Assembly: GCA_945883905.1 (NCBI GenBank)
Contig: CAMCYL010000004.1
Coordinates: 2,190 to 66,189 of the forward strand
Length of the DNA stretch: 64,000 nt
From: Akkermansia muciniphila
GTDB lineage: Bacteria > Verrucomicrobiota > Verrucomicrobiia > Methylacidiphilales > CAMAQI01
Direction of reading: 5' to 3'
This document shows, piece after piece, positions 63,377 through 64,000 of this stretch (positions are counted from its first letter, which is position 1; the number at the start of each line of letters is the position of its first letter). Below the pieces are notes generated by a model. That model was not told the origin of the DNA, did no database searches, and saw only the letters and a program-made list of their open reading frames with translations. Position numbers and translations under genes: made by a program.

Positions 63377-64000
63377 TCAGGAGTGGATCTTCACTTGGGA
63401 CTTGTGAATGAACTGGCTCTCTTTAGCCGAGGGAGATCGATCGGGGATCCATTCATCGAAATCGCTCCATTTTGCAAAGCGAAAAGCACTCGGTTTATTC
63501 CATTTGGTAATATCGGCTAAAAGGATTTTTCGTTTGGATCGTGTGAGGACCATTTGTTTTATTTCTGCTTCTGAAAGCTCTGTTGTTGAGCACCCTTCAA
63601 TGGGATCTAAGCCAGAGGCGGCAACGAAGGCGAGGTCGAAATAAAAATCTTTAAATCCTCCTAATGCTGTTCCACCCGTGAGCGCTCCACTCACTTTTCT
63701 CAATTCACCACCCATACACAAAATTTCCGCCGCTCCTTGAACTCCTGCCGAAACGAGGGCAATGGAATGAGTAATAATCCGTAGATCCTTTCGTCGGATT
63801 AAGATTTTTCCGACTTCAAGACAAGTGGAGCCGGCATCAATAAAAATCGTCGAACTTGGAGGAACTAATAACGCCGCTTTTTGTGCGATTAACTTTTTGG
63901 CCGTATGATTTTTGAGAAGCCTTTCATCAAAAGTGGTTTCAGACTGAAGATAGTGAGCATCGAGAACTCCCCCATGAACGCGAATGATCTCTCCCAATTT
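63377..64000 (-). CDS. DeoR/GlpR-family transcriptional regulator (N-terminal HTH lies beyond the window edge)
   Basis: DeoR C-terminal sensor domain: ..IFIDAGSTCLEVGKIL..RIITHSIALV..LCMGGELR..GALTGGTA..FDLAFVAASGLDP..TTELSEAEIKQMVL..ILLADITKW. The frame stays open to nt 64000. Confidence 0.8.
   Translation of the reverse strand, partial: KLGEIIRVHGGVLDAHYLQSETTFDERLLKNHTAKKLIAQKAALLVPPSSTIFIDAGSTCLEVGKILIRRKDLRIITHSIALVSAGVQGAAEILCMGGELRKVSGALTGGTALGGFKDFYFDLAFVAASGLDPIEGCSTTELSEAEIKQMVLTRSKRKILLADITKWNKPSAFRFAKWSDFDEWIPDRSPSAKESQFIHKSQVKIHS

Noticed and set aside
1-64000. tRNA, rRNA, tmRNA or riboswitch genes
   Set aside because: I inspected the intergenic gaps by eye and saw no cloverleaf-compatible 70-90-nt segment or known riboswitch core. 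Repeats explain most structured sequence. A tRNAscan/Infernal run is needed for certainty.

Overview
All calls come from reading the ORF translations and the raw sequence by eye. No BLAST or HMM search was run, and identity estimates are manual. The window looks like a chromosomal segment of a PVC-superphylum bacterium, most plausibly Verrucomicrobiota. Supporting signs are a PEP-CTERM protein, prepilin-type cassette proteins, a GxxExxY protein and dense REP/MITE-like repeats.

The window has two contrasting halves.

(1) Positions 1-28.1 kb carry housekeeping genes: dnaN, ispF, adk, tatA, an rlmD-like methyltransferase, alaS and a TrhO-RluA fusion. Interspersed are small accessory genes (MazEF-type TA pair, Fic, a minimal nucleotidyltransferase, GxxExxY) and a glycosyltransferase operon. 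There is also a GH78-like gene next to an IclR/CoA-transferase/MaoC operon that carries a 51-bp gene-start duplication scar. At least 11 intergenic gaps here hold copies of three modular repeat families, and several of these copies bracket genes as inverted pairs.

(2) Positions 28.1-64 kb are visibly more AT-rich and free of those repeats. This half is a tightly packed glycan-utilisation island. It encodes secreted CBM9-like, DUF4838-like and GH42-like proteins, an EEP hydrolase, a SIS protein and an MFS transporter. It also carries ROK, LacI and DeoR regulators, three Gfo/Idh/MocA oxidoreductases, alanine dehydrogenase, a DegT aminotransferase, a class I aldolase and a PfkB kinase.

The most interesting candidate system lies at 44.4-57.6 kb. 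It is an orphan four-gene prepilin-type cassette: GspI-like, GspJ-like, a giant 1207-aa GspK-like protein, and a GspH/FimT-like protein. The cassette is translationally coupled to a LacI regulator. It is bracketed by two giant (about 1000-1100 aa) paralogous signal-peptide proteins with discoidin-like C-termini in inverted orientation. No secretin, ATPase, platform or major pilin gene lies in the window.

I recognised no rRNA, tRNA or CRISPR array.
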